Made by a program: the position numbers and the translations under genes. 64,000 nt of DNA from Torpedo marmorata. Its lineage: Eukaryota. A model generated the notes under the pieces. It was not told where the DNA came from and did no database searches. It saw only the letters and a list, made by a program, of their open reading frames with translations. Of this stretch, positions 36,922 through 50,170 are shown one piece after another (within the stretch, counting starts at the first letter, position 1; every line of letters begins with the position of its first letter). The stretch lies in contig OZ360227.1 of assembly GCA_977017645.1 (NCBI GenBank), forward strand, positions 85,870,001-85,934,000, in the 5' to 3' direction.

Positions 36922-38149
36922 TAAGCATCATCCTGTGTGGGAGAAAATAAGTTGTTCCTCAGGACCCTTTTTAAATGTCCTCTCTCGCATTAAACCTATA
37001 CCTTCTGGACTCCTCTACCCTGGAGAATGTCTGTGACCATGCACCTTGTCCGTGCCCCTCAAAATTTTATTGACTTTTATATGATCGCTCATCAGTGCTC
37101 TATGATCCATGGAGAAAGTCCGTCTAATTTTTAAAATTTAGAGATACATCACTGTAACAGGCCCTCCAGCCCATGAGCTCGTGCCGCCCCCATTACACCC
37201 AAGTGACCAATTAACCTACCAAACCCATGTCTTTGGAACATGGGAGGAAACCAGAGCACAGAGGAAACCCACACAAACACGGGGAGAACAAGCAAACTCC
37301 TTCTGGACAGCACCGGATTTGAACCTGGTGCTAACCATCCTCTTGTAACTCAAGCCCAACAGTCTCAGTAACGTGCATGTGAATCTTTTCTGCACCCTTT
37401 CCAGCTTACTGACTTCTTCCTGGGAGTTGGTGACCAGTTTGATCAAATCAAAAAGAAAAATTAATAAATTACTTCTGGTTTTCAAATATTTTTCACCTCG
37501 AGACCATCTTGAGTATTCCTTTACTTACCGTGGACCACCTATAACCACCAATTGCACTTTTCTTTGCTTTGGTGGAAATTTTTATTGTGAATTTTCTTTT
37601 TTTTTTGGGTCAAATTTTCAACCTTGTTTTACATGTTACTCATTATATCAATTCTATATGTCGTCACTCTGGACTACCTCATATATCTGCAGACCATAAC
37701 TTAAGAATACTGAATTAACTTGAAAGACTAAAAAAAAATACAGCAGACCATTGGCAAAGTTTAATTTTGGTCATCATTAAGCCATCCCCAAATCACGTTA
37801 GTAACCGATAGTGGAGGGAAAATGGGGGAAAAAAATTTTTTTTTGTTCAGTCAATCAAGTAAATTACAGACACTGAAAAATTTGAATCCACAAAATCCTT
37901 TTAATTTGAGTGAGTTATTGATTGTGCTGGACCAGAACTTAAAATTCAATTGCAAGGTGGCTATTCAGCCCATTGAATTTGCGATCATAAACTTTAATAG
38001 GCACGCTTTTCCAGAGAAAAATGGTTGTGAATAAAGATTTTCACATCAAAGTCTTTGTCTACAAATGTTATTTGTTAACAGTTGAGCTATGCTAGATAAC
38101 CATCTTCATGTATTCTCCCAATCCAGACCCTTGTAGAGATCTTTGTCTG

Positions 38150-39430
38150 AATCAGGTTGGGCATGAACATGTGTCATGAAATTTGTTGTGGCAGCAGTAT
38201 TGTGCATTACAGGTGCAAAATTGCTATAAATTTCAATTCCATAAATACAAGATTTTAAAAATTAGTGCAATTAATAGAAATTAGGAAGGCAGTGTCCATA
38301 GGTTCATTGTCCATTCAGAAATCTGATGGAGGGGAAGAAGCTGTTTTTGTAATGTTGAGTGTGCGTCTTCAGGCTCCTGTACCTCCTTCCTGATGGTAGC
38401 AGTGACAAAAGTGCGTGGCCTGGGTGGTGATGGTTCTTGATAGAGGCTGCTTTCTTGAGATACTGCCTCTTTAAAAATGTCCTGAATGGAGTGAAGACTA
38501 ATGCCCATGATGGCACTGGCCAACATTACAACCCTCCTTCGCTTTGTCCTGTGCATTGGTACCTCCATACCACAGTGATGCAACCAGTCAGAATGCTTTC
38601 CATGGTACACCTGTAGAAATTTGCAAGAGTCTTTGGTGACGTACCAAATCTCCTCAAACTCCTGAAATATAGCCGCTGGCGTACTTTCTTCATGATTGCA
38701 TCGACATGAAGTCCCCAGGATAGATTTTCAGAGATGTTTTCACCCAGGAATTTGAAATTCCTTACCCTCTCCACTGCTGACCCCTCATTGAGTTCTGAAG
38801 TAAAACACGAAAATCTGTAGACACCGTGGTTGAAGTAAAAAACACACATGCTGGAGAAACTCAGCAGGTCAAACAGTGTCTTTTATGTAGCAAAGGTAGA
38901 AATAAATACCGACGTTTCGGGCTTGAGCCCTTCATCAAAGTATGAGAAAATCTACAGATTTTCATGTTTTACTTCTGAATACTACAACTCTGTGAAACAT
39001 TTTCTCATACTTTGATGAAGGGCTCAAGCCCATGGTCTTCTGATGAGGTAGTTAGGGATCCAGTTGCAGAAGCCCCAGTTTTGAAGCTTGCTGACCAGTA
39101 CTGAGTGGATGATGGTGTAGGCTGAGCTGCAATCGATGAAAAGCAGCCTGTTTTACATATTGTTGTTGTCCAGGTTATCCAGGACTGAGTGGAGAGCCAG
39201 TGAGAATGCATCTGCTGTGGAACGATTGTGGCCGTAGGCAAATTGCAGTGGGTCCAGGTCTTGGGTACAAGTTAATTCTGGCCATGACCAACCTCTCAAA
39301 GCATTTCATCACAGTAGATGTTAGTGCTTCTGGGTGATAATCATTGAGGCAGCTCACCCTGCTCTTCTTGGGTACTGGTTGAAGCAGATGGGAACCTCTG
39401 ACTGCAGCAGTGAGAGATTGAAAATCTTTG
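38150..39430 (-). mobile_element. Degenerate Rex-Babar LINE interrupted by Penelope termini (38795-39030)
   Basis: LNDYHPEALTSTVMKCFERLV, FKFLGENISENLSW, HHPGHALLSLLPSGRRYRS. Confidence 0.75.
38906..38943 (-). ncRNA. Minimal type I hammerhead ribozyme-like motif in Penelope terminus
   Basis: AUACU-UUGAUGA-A-GGGC(UCAA)GCCC-GAAA-CGUC-GGUAU: stems I and II pair, palindromic ACGU stem III. Confidence 0.55.
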
Positions 39431-39840
39431 AAAAAAATTTGTCCAAAGCAAACGGCCCTTAGATAACACAGGAACAGGCCTTTCAGCTCACCACATCTGT
39501 ACTGACTGTGATGCCAGTACACCTGTATAATTGATACCTCTTCCCTGCCTGTGCATATCTTGCTGACTGCTTCTTAAACAACATTGCGATCTTACCTGCT
39601 TATATCATCTCTTCTGCAAGCAAGTTCCAGGCACCAAAGACTGCATACCAAAAAAATTCCTTGTAAATCTCCTTTTCTCTTTTACCTTAAACCAATGCCC
39701 TCTCATATTTGACATTTCCATCTTAGGAAAAAGATAACTATCTACATTATCTCTGCCTCTCATAATTGTATGCATATCCATCTGGTTGCCTCTCAGTCTC
39801 TGACACTCCAGAGAAAACAATCTAAGTTAGTCCAACCTCT

Positions 39841-41122
39841 TTTTTATAAAAAATATTTTATTTAAAAATTTTAAATCACAGAATACATAATATAAAATGC
39901 AAAATTATCAAAATACATGTGATACATTTTCACCCCCCCCCCTCCCTAACCCTCCTGAAAAAAAGAGAAAGAAAGGAAAAAATAGAGTGAGGAAGATGTC
40001 AATCTAAAAAAGAACAACTATAAGCTAATTTTATTGTGGAAGATAGGTTCGCCAGTCAGATCTGATATCCAGAGATCTTCAAATCCTTTAACCAACAGTT
40101 TTTATATATGGGCTACATATTTTCAAAAATAAATGATATTTATTACGTAAATTATAAGTAATTTTTTCAAGTGGTATAGCTGAACGAAGTTCTGCATGCC
40201 ATCTATCTAACCCTAAATCAGATTTCCATGTAATAGCAATGCATTTCTTAGAAACAGCTGAAGCAATTTGCAAAAATTCTATTTGATACATATTTAATTT
40301 CATCTTAATACTAATTCTTTTAATATCTCCAAACAAAAATATCATAGGGTCCATTGGAAGTGTAATATTTAATACCTTGTCTAAAATTTTTTTAACTTTC
40401 AACCAAAAATCATATATCTTTGGACAGTACCATGTAGAATGTACAAAAGAACCTTCCTCTCTATTACATCTGAAACATAAACCTGATAATGTCGGATTAA
40501 ATTTCTTTAATTTCTTCGGTGTTAGATATAATTGATCAAAAAAATTATATTGCACTAACCTATATCTAACGTTAATAATCTTCGTCATACTTTGTTTAGA
40601 TAGTTCTTTCCAATGTTCTTCACCTATTGTTACATTAAGATCTAATTCCCATTTTAATCATGATTTATGAATTCCTAATTTAGGCATTTTCCTCTGTAAC
40701 AATCTATACATTTGAGAAATAAATTTATTTACACCTCCATTAGTAACTAATAATTCCAGTTCACTTTGTCTTGGTAAAGTCAAACTATAACCCAACCTTT
40801 CAACTAAAAATGCTCTAATTTGATAATAAGCAAAAAGTGTATTATTTAATATATTAAACTTTTCTTTCATTCTTTGAAAAGTAATAAATTTACTAGCTTC
40901 AAAACAATCATTTATTTTCTTAATTCCCTTTTGGAAACAAATTTTAAATAATTGATTATCAACAGTAAATGGAATAAGTTTATTTTGATATAAAGGCATT
41001 TTTCGAGAAAGTAACCCTTTCCCTCCTATCTCCCTATCCACTCTTTTCCATATTTCTAACAAATGTTTAAAAATAGAATTTTTCCCTCTTGTTAATAATA
41101 ATTTAGAATTCCATTTATAAAT
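39841..41122 (-). mobile_element. 5'-truncated L1-clade LINE
   Basis: ORFs 40658-41155 and 40088-40588 similar to 15170-16471. TSD GTCCAACCTCT. Confidence 0.9.
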
Positions 41123-41594
41123 GTCCAACCTCTCCTTGTAGCTGATACTCTCCAACTTGGCAATATTCTGGTGAATCTCTTTTGCACCCTCTCGAAAGCC
41201 TCCACCTTTCCTTTAATGTGGCCACTAGAACTGCACACGATATGTCAAATGTGGGCCTAACTGATATTTTGTATGGGTGCAACATGACTTCCTGACTTTT
41301 ATACTCATTGCCCTGACCAATGAAGGAAAGCATGCCATATGCCACCTTTACCACACTACCCACTTGTGTTGTCACTTTCAAGGAGCTATGGACTTGCACC
41401 CCAAGATGTATCTGTACCTCAATACTCCCAAGGGATCTGCCATTTATTGCATACTTTTTTACATTTGATCTTCTCATACAATGCCTCATGCTTGCCTGGA
41501 AAAAACTCGATCTGGCACTTCTCTGCCCAATTTCCCAGCTGATCTCTACTTTGATAACATTCCTTGCTGTCCACAATTCGACCAATTTTTTTTG

Positions 41595-42283
41595 GGTAAT
41601 ATTTTATTTGTAATTTTAAGTATATTTAACAGTCAACTATACAAAACGTCAAGAAAACCCATTTCCCCCCCTCCCCTGTGCAAGTCTAATTAATCAAAGA
41701 TAAAGAAAAAGAAAAATCCCATCGACAGTGCATGCAGTAAAACAGACATGATATTACCACAGTGTTATAATCTTTACAGAGATCTGCTGGCTAGTCAGAA
41801 GCGATCGCAACCCTTTGGTGGCGTCAGTGCCTATATGTTCTAGAGAAGACTGCCAAATTTTTAGGAAGGTGTTATATCCTTTCCTAAGACTATATGCGAT
41901 CTTTTCAAGAGGAATGCAGCTGTTCATTTCTGAAGACCACCTATCAATGAGGAGAGGGGAGTCAGAATTCCATGTCGCTGCTATACATTTCCTGGCCACA
42001 CATAAGGCAATTTCTGTGAATTTAATTTGGAAATTAGTTAGCGATCTACCAACACTTGTAAAGTTCCCCAGTAGACAAAGCTCTGGTCCACTGGGAAGGT
42101 GACGCCTGTGATCTTAGTTAGGGTGTCACAAAAGGTCATACCAGAAGGGTCTCACCTTCGTGCAGAGCCAGGTAGTGTAAGAAGGAACCAACCTCTATAC
42201 CACATCTAAAGCACATCTCTGGTTTATATTGATGTAATTTCTGTGGGGCGAGGTACAGCTGATGGAGAAAATTATAGTGAATT
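41595..42283 (-). mobile_element. Short 3' fragment of another L1 family
   Basis: IHYNFLHQLYL, CFRCG, CIPLEKIAY. Flanking GACCAATTTTT duplication. Confidence 0.7.
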
Positions 42284-43054
42284 TGACCAATTTTTGTGTT
42301 GTCTGCAAATTTACTAATTAGACCACCCATATTTTCATCCAGATCATTTATACATACTATTACAAACAACTGAGGTCCCAACACTGGTCATTGTGCGACA
42401 CCACTGGTCACAGACCTCTAGTGAGAGAAACACCCCTCCACTACTAACCTATGACCAAGCCAATTTTGTATTTAACTTTGCCAACTCATTATGGATTTCA
42501 TTGACGTAATCTTCTGGACCAACCGAGCATGAGCGACCTTATCAAATGCTTCACTAAAATTCATGTTGACTCTACCCTTGTCAATCATTGTTGTCACTAT
42601 TATCAAATTTATGACAGGACCTCCCTGCATGGAGCTATGCTCTTTCTCCAACAAGTCTATGCTTTTTCAAATGTGGGTAAATCCAAAGGAACAACATGGT
42701 CTATTCTCCAGTATTGTGGGATCCCACCTGTGACTAAAGTGGATATAATGACCTCTGTTCTCCCTTTTCTCACTTCATATCCTGGATTAGATTGCATCAG
42801 GCCCTTGGGACTTATCCACCTTTATCTTTCAAGAGACCCACCACCTCCTTAATATTGACATCCCTCAGAATAACATGCCCCTCTAATCTCAGTGTCCAAT
42901 GAAAAGTACTTATTTAAGACTTCACTCAATTCCTCTGCTTCAGGCATAAATTCCTCCTTTTGTCTTGAGTGGACCTACCCTTTCCCTACCTACTCTTGCT
43001 CTTAATGTAGGTATAAAGTGCTTTTGGATCCTACTTAATAAAGGTATTTCATGG

Positions 43055-43685
43055 TCAGGAGATAATCGTGGACTTCAGGAGGACCAGGAATGACCACCCT
43101 CCACTACACATCAACAATTCTGTAGTAGAGAGTGGAAAGCACCAAGGTCCTGGGAGTTGACTTAACTAGTGACCTATCGTGGATACTCAACATTTCCTCA
43201 CTTGTCAGGAAGGTGCAACAGCGACTACTTCCCATGAAGACTGAAGTGGGTAAAGCTACCAGTCACCATTGTTAACCTTTCATAGGAGCTTTATTGAGAG
43301 GGTCCTGGTCAGTTGCATCAGTGTGGTAGTCGCTGCAGAGGATCACTGGAGTCTCCCTAAACCACCCCCCCCTCAATTGACGTGATCTACTGGGATCATT
43401 GTCCAAATAGGACGCACAAAATCATTGAGGATCCCCTGCACACACCTTTCAGCTGTATCCGAGCCAGCACCACCAAGCTGAGGAAGTTTCTTCCCACAGG
43501 CAGTGAGAATGCTGAACGACCAAAGGAACTGCTCACACTCATCATTCTCATATTCATGAAACAATATTTATTTGTCCTGCATATGTATTGTTGGTCTGTA
43601 CGTGTGTTATGTCTGCATGTTTTTCACTGAGGACTGGAGAATGCTGTTTTGTCAGGTTGTACAATCAGATAATAAACTTGAATAA
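43055..43685 (+). mobile_element. Degenerate Rex-Babar-type LINE 3' fragment
   Basis: Remnant RT C-terminal motifs and AATAAACTTGAA tail. Confidence 0.55.
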
Positions 43686-44803
43686 AGCTCCTCTGCCTTG
43701 CCGGTGGTATTTCTTGCATTAGAAGTCATTTCAGGCTATTAATCTCCTGTTCATTAACCTGACCATGCATGTTCTTCCTATTACTTAACTGTTACCATTT
43801 CACCTGCTGATTTGTCGCTCTATTTTCCTTGCCAGTTTAAATCCTTCTGAGTAGCACTGACAAACCTCCCTGCAAGATAATGGTGATGCTGCAGTTCAGG
43901 CACAGCCTGTCAAACTTTTACAGCATGGAAACTTGACCTTTGGCCCAACCTGTCCTATTCTTGTACAGATCCCACTTTCACGGTATCTGAAGGCCTTCCT
44001 CCTACATTTGTTCTTCAGTCATGCATTCAACCATACTAATTTTGAGTCTGAGATTACAATCCTATAGGCCCGATTTGTAACTTTATGCCTTGCCCTCCAT
44101 GTTTACTTTGCAGCACCTCATTCCTTTTACCAGGTTGCTCGCCCTTCCCTTGCAGAAATGGCCTGTGCCTGCTCAGACATCTTTGACCCTGGCACCAGAC
44201 CATCCTGGAGTCTTGCTCATAGCCACAGAAAAACCTGTCTCTGCCTTGACTGTAGAGTCCCCTCCACTTCCTGTTGTGCAACAGAGCCGGGTGTGGTGCC
44301 AGAGATTGGGCTGCTGCCATTGCATTCCTATGAAAGGCTATCCCCTTCAAGTCTCCAATTGAGAGGGGAACAGCCAAGGAGAATCCTACACGACATGCCT
44401 GCCCTCGACAGTCACCCATCTTACTGAACCTTTAGTGTGACCACATCCATGATGCTCCTATTGCATTTATTTCTCCAGCTTCTGATCCAACTGGTCCACT
44501 CAGTGGGATATCAGTGTCAGACACTTCCTGAAAATGTTACCGTCACACAACTTCTCTGATCCAGCACATTTCATGGGAGTAGAACACCTCTGCTAACTAG
44601 CATTACTGTGCCTTAAAGCTGCTTTCCCTCTGCAAAGCCTGCAGTTTGACCCCAACAGCAATACTTTTGAATACAAGTTTCAAGGAATTTATTCCTAATT
44701 ATTTGAATGTCCTTTTAATTTCTGCATTTTTATTAAGTTGAATGTTAATTTTAATCAATATTTTGTGGAAGGTAGCTAAACTTTAACATTTTCTTACCCT
44801 CAG

Positions 44804-44971
44804 ATTTCTTTTGAATTCCGTTCTTTGCTGCATTCTCAGCTTGCCACTGTGTTCTTTGATGAAGTTGTTAAACAGATGGTAGCAGCATTTGAAAGAAGAG
44901 CAAAGAAATTGTATGGTCCAGAAACCACCATCCCACGAGAACTTATGCTTCACGAAGTGCATCACACGTAA
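44804..44971 (+). CDS. COQ10B: COQ10B last coding exon (5)
   Basis: cag|[55 protein letters not shown]. Confidence 0.97.
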   Translation: MSFEFRSLLHSQLATVFFDEVVKQMVAAFERRAKKLYGPETTIPRELMLHEVHHT

Positions 44972-45792
44972 ATAAAAACTGGAAGGAACTGTTGTAGGTC
45001 CCCTTCTTGAAAGTTGTATAGATTTATTTATTAGTGTGGCACATTTTCACTTCTGCCAAGGTGGGAGTGACATTCATTACCTACTTGTGACACTTGATTT
45101 TTTAATACAGCACTGTAACTTTATTGGAAAGGCTTTTTGACAGTGTTATATTCAAGTGTACATGTATATAAAGTGCAAATAATTCAGTTGTAACTAAATA
45201 TTTTCCATATGTTGTGCAGCTGGAGAAGGCAGCCAGCCAGCCATGTCTTGTTTTTGGCCATTTGGGTAATAAGTTGTGTGAGAATTTAGTGTCAAACACT
45301 AATTCCTGTATGTCTAATTATTCATCCTCTTCACACAGCTGATGGGGTTACTTGCAATTTCAATAGCTATATAATGGAAATCAATAAGGTCAAATTTTAG
45401 GCATCAAATTACGTAGTAACATTTAAGAGACCTTTAGGGGTAAAAGTGCAACAAAGGCCTGCAGCCAGTTGAATTGTCCTAAGAACAGCCTTGTGCCTAA
45501 TATTTAAGCATATAAGGAGCCACTTGCACTGCTACAGTGAGATCACCTTCTGAGCAACTTCAAAAATGAGTTTGAGCAGCATAGTTTTTCCTCAAACCTA
45601 TTACAATGATGTAGTCTATTCATGGTATCAGACATGTACGACACAAACAGTAAACACTGCAACATATTTGTTTACATTTAAACTAGGATTCTATAAAATT
45701 TGTTACTGTAGTTTTTAAACAATCATGCAAAATAACTCATGAGCATAGTTAAACTACCACAGTGAAGTCACAAAACAAGGTAACCATCTGCT

Positions 45793-45798
45793 TTTATT
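45793..45798 (-). terminator. Candidate distal HSPD1 poly(A) signal AATAAA (a proximal one is at 45991-45996)
   Basis: TTTATT on + strand ~430 nt past the HSPD1 stop. Confidence 0.55.
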
Positions 45799-45930
45799 TA
45801 AGGCAATGTTACATGATATCATGCGCTCTACTGGATGGCATACAGATTTGCTTTGTTTTTCCACAGAAAACCTCCCTTGATCATTTGTTACCTGTGCCTT
45901 TAAAAAAAATTGTCAGCACAATACTGTTAC

Positions 45931-45936
45931 AATAAA
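45931..45936 (+). terminator. Candidate distal COQ10B poly(A) signal AATAAA
   Basis: First canonical hexamer I find after the one overlapping the stop (44971-44976). Confidence 0.4.
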
Positions 45937-46227
45937 ATCAATAAGTATTGTCTTCACCTTCAGTACTTCCAGGAATGTACAAATGTTGATTTTATTCAGA
46001 ATATAAAATAAATTACAATTCTTAGCACTGACAATGAGGGCAGTAAACAAGTTATTTGAGATCCAGCACAGTCCTACTGAGTTCTTAACGTAATTACAAG
46101 TATTTCAGTGCTGGAGACCATTTCCATAAAGCTTGGTTCATAGTTTTGTGTCTCTTCTCTTGAGCAGCCATTCAGCTGAGACCACTAACGTAGTCACCTT
46201 CGGTCAGACAACCTTGCAGCAGAGGAA

Positions 46228-46383
46228 CTAAAACATATCACCTCCCATACCAGCACCAGCCATGCCACCCATACCCCCCATTCCTGGTGCCTTATCATCT
46301 TTAGGAAGTTCTATAACTACCCCTTCTGCTGTTGCTAGGAGGGAAGCAACTCCAGCTGCATCCATCAACGCAGTCCTCACAAC
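46228..46383 (-). CDS. HSPD1: HSPD1 last exon (12)
   Basis: [20 protein letters not shown]...[21 protein letters not shown] tail. Confidence 0.97.
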   Translation of the reverse strand, partial: VVRTALMDAAGVASLLATAEGVVIELPKDDKAPGMGGMGGMAGAGMGGDMF

Positions 46384-46606
46384 CTGAAAATAAAAATTTG
46401 AGTAGAAACTGACTAAAGTGATTTCCTTCCTTTAAACAGAGACACATTCATCTATGGCTTTGCTAAATAAAACTTGATGGGAATAAAATAGGAAATAACA
46501 TGCAAAATGGATTTAACAGTTTACTCAACTTACGGATGCACGAGAATTTAATAATCAGACTGAATTCATAAAATCTGTTACAGAACATGTTATGACCCAG
46601 ACATAC

Positions 46607-46785
46607 CTTTGTGGGGTCAATAATTCCTTTCTCCACCAGCTTAACAAATTCCCCAGCCATTGCATCGTAGCCAATGTCAGGTGGACTCTGCAAGATTTTC
46701 TCCACAATTAGGCTTCCTTCAGCTCCAGCATTTTTGACAATTGTAATGGCAGGTATTTTCAGAGCCTTACTAACAATTTCAATTC
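46607..46785 (-). CDS. HSPD1: HSPD1 exon 11
   Basis: [24 protein letters not shown]...GIIDPTK, ag/gt. Confidence 0.97.
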
Positions 46786-47119
46786 CTATCAAAACAATGA
46801 AAAAATATTACTTTACCAGGAGTAGTCCACAAGATTTCTGCCAGGCAATAGCCAAAAAAAGCAATTTATAGAACAGCAGCCAGTAAGAAACTGGCCTGCA
46901 TTAGAAACCATTTGTTGGGAAATGCTGAATACTGTTGCAAAGTGGCTGCTCCAATACTGCTAAAAGCTCAGGTTTTTTTTGTGACAGCCTCACAAAGTAA
47001 ATAAAGCAACATCCATCAGTTAACACACATCTATTTTAAGGCACAAATTCATTTCATGTGCTCAGAGCTATTGGGGAGTTCATTTGATCAAATCACTTGG
47101 TATGACCAAATCAAAAATG

Positions 47120-48480
47120 CTGGGTAAAATATCCAAAGACACTGTGGGAAGCTAGAAAGGAAATTGGAAGTGCCCTGGCTGAGATTTATGACTCATCAAG
47201 TACAGGTGAGGTGCCATAAAACTGGAGGGTGGCAAATGTCGTGCCTATATTTAAGACAGGCTCCTGGGAACTGCAGGCCAGTGAGCCAAACATCTGTGAT
47301 AAATAGAGAATTCTGAGGGAGAAGCTATACATGCACTTGGATGGACAAAGAATAGTCAGCATGGTTTTGTAAGTGGCAAGTCATGTCTCACAAATGTAAT
47401 TGAGTTTCTTTTTTGAAAGTGTGACCAAGGTTGATGAGTACAGAGCTGTAGATGTATACAGGACATGGATTTCAGAAAGATTTGGATAAGGTTCCACACA
47501 ATAGGCTGCTCTGAAAGGTTAGGTCATATGGGATCCCAGGTGAGACAGCAGAATGGATAGAAAACTGGCATCATGGTAGAAAGCAGAGGGTGATGGTGGA
47601 AGGTTTAGAAGGTTTTTCAGACTGGAGGCCTGTGACTAGCTGGGTCTATTGCTGTCATTTACATCAATGATTTAGATGAAAACTTACACAGCATGATTAT
47701 CAAGTTTGCAGATGCCACTAAAGTGTCGGGTACTGTAGAATGAAGATGGTTGCCAGAGATTGCAGCAGGATCTTGATCAGGTGGGCAGAGGAATGGTTGA
47801 TAGAATTTAACACAAATGTGAGGTGTTGCATTTTGGGAGATCTAACAAGTGTAGGACCTACATAGTGAATGGTAGGGATCTGGGCAGTGTTGTAGAGCAC
47901 AAGGTACAGGGATCCTTCCAGGTGAAAGTGGTGTCACAGGTCGATTGAGTATAGAAGTTGGGAGGTCATGTTGCAGTCGTACAAGATGTTGGTGAGACCC
48001 CATTTGGAGTATTGTGTTTAGTTTTGGATATCATGCTGTAAGAAAGATGATATCAAGCTGGAGAGGGTGCAGAGATTTGAGGATGTTGCCAGGACTTAGG
48101 GGCCTGAGCTATTGGGAGAGGTCGAACAAGCTAGGGCTTTATTCCTTGGAACGCAGGAGGATGAGGGGTGATCGCATAGAAGTGTACAAAATCATGAGAG
48201 GAATAGATCAGGTTGATGCACAAAGTCTTTTTGACCAGAGTAGGGGAAATTGATAGCCCGAGGACAAAACCCAAAGGGTTTTTTTTTTAAATATATGCAC
48301 AGAGGGTGATGGATGTATGAAGTGGGCTGCCAAAGGTGGTTGTTGAAGCAGGTACCATTGCAAAGTTCAAGAAAATAAAAGGGAGCTACATGGATAGGAT
48401 TGGTTAAGAGAAATATGGACCAAATGCAGGCAGGTGGGACTCGTGGTGGGATATTTTGGTTGACACAGACCGTTTCAACA
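47120..48480 (+). mobile_element. Degenerate CR1 LINE in HSPD1 intron 10
   Basis: QHGF/SCLT remnants, KFAD, LGLYSLERRRMRGD. Confidence 0.75.
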
Positions 48481-48604
48481 CTATGACGAATATAGAAGTT
48501 ACATTTAACATATTGGGCCACAACTCAGCTGTTTCTCTCCCCCCATCCACCATGTACAAAGTGTAACATTTTTAATGATCTCCAAAGTGAATTAAACCAC
48601 TAAC

Positions 48605-48779
48605 CAACTTTTTGATCTTCATTGATTGGTTTGATAGCTTCCAATGCTGGTATACACCGGAGTAGAGCACATCCACCACCAAGAACTATACCCTCTTCCA
48701 CAGCAGCTCGGGTTGCATTGAGTGCATCAGTTACTCTATCTTTCTTTTCATTCACCTCCACGTCACTGGTGCCACCAAT
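48605..48779 (-). CDS. HSPD1: HSPD1 exon 10
   Basis: [42 protein letters not shown], ag/gt. Confidence 0.97.
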
Positions 48780-50170
48780 CTAAATACACAAAAATTACTG
48801 TTCAAAGAACAAAAATCACATGTCACATTACAAACAGGAGCTGGGAGCTAATTGGGCTTTTGAATAAAATAATTTTCATGACATCATATCCTTTGTTTCA
48901 CTTGGCTCCAAATCAAAACTTCAATTTTGAGAATACTGGAGTTCTCTATCTCAGATTCAGGCCAATTCCAAATTTTCTAAATTCTGATTTCTCCTCCGAG
49001 GAAAGCAGCCAAATTCCTCTGAATAAGAGACCAAGACAGAATATAGCAAAACTGAATCCACATTCCCTTTATTTGGAAATCCTGATGATTAAGCATCTGG
49101 TTCAACAGGACTTTGATCTTGCACTCACTTTAAACATAACATATTCACTGGAAATTTTTTTACAACTGTATCAGCTAAAAAGATGCATCAAAAAGTGTTG
49201 GCGTATTAACAGTAATATTCATTAATCCAGAAAACCTGCCAATCTGACACCATAGAGAGGTGCCAGATTATCAGTTTTACAGTGCAAAATTTGTTGGGTT
49301 TGAAGTCATACATAGTTACTAACTTGCAATGAAGGCAAACCCACTCATCTTCAAAGTGCTGCAATCTACAGGACCTTGTATGAACAAAGAACCCCGATGC
49401 CCCTTGATTACCAACACATACTGGTCTCCCACCGATTTTTCCAAAACATACAGGAAACCAACTGTCGACTTGCAATATGTGTGACATTGTCAAAACCAAA
49501 AGGGCGGTACGGTTAGCATAGCTGTTAGTGCAACGCTGTTACAGTGCCAGCAACCAGGACCGGGGTTCAAATCCCGTGCTGTCCGTAAGGAGTTTGTACG
49601 TTCTCCCTGTGTCTGCGTGGATTTTCCCAGGGTGTTCCGGTTTCCTCCCCGGGGGTGCAGGTCAATTGGGTGTAATTGGGCGGCATGGGCCAGAAGGGCC
49701 TATGTCTAAATTTAAAAAGGTCCAACCAACTGTAATGTGGCAGAAAGAAAAAAAAACAAACAGTAATCTACTGGACATGTAGCCATTCTACATTGAGATA
49801 TCAAAATATTTACATTCTTTGATAAAAGTCTGCAGAAAGCTGCAGTTTATTCTAATGGTTAAAACAAAAATGACCAGTAGAAAACATTTGGGAATTGGTT
49901 AATGCCATTTGAATTTGTGGCCTAGAAACAAAAGATACAATAGCAGGAAAAGCAATGTAAAAGTTTAGCTTTCCAGATTTATGGAAAGATACCATTCAGC
50001 CACTTTTTTAATCCCAATTAAAACTGGTTAAGGGCAGTGCTGAAGCTTTTATCCCTTTCAAGCATTAATTCCAAAGTAATAAACATCATGTCAGTTAAAT
50101 TACATATTCATAATTGTGCAAATATATATGAATATACAAGCATATACACACATATATTCACATTTATATA

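Larger units (their letters stand above)
39600..43050 (-). mobile_element. Degenerate CR1 LINE interrupted by two L1 insertions
   Basis: FSEAFDKVAH, LGPQLF..INDLD..ISKFADNTKI, LGVQVHSSLK, LRGNQMD. Confidence 0.75.
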
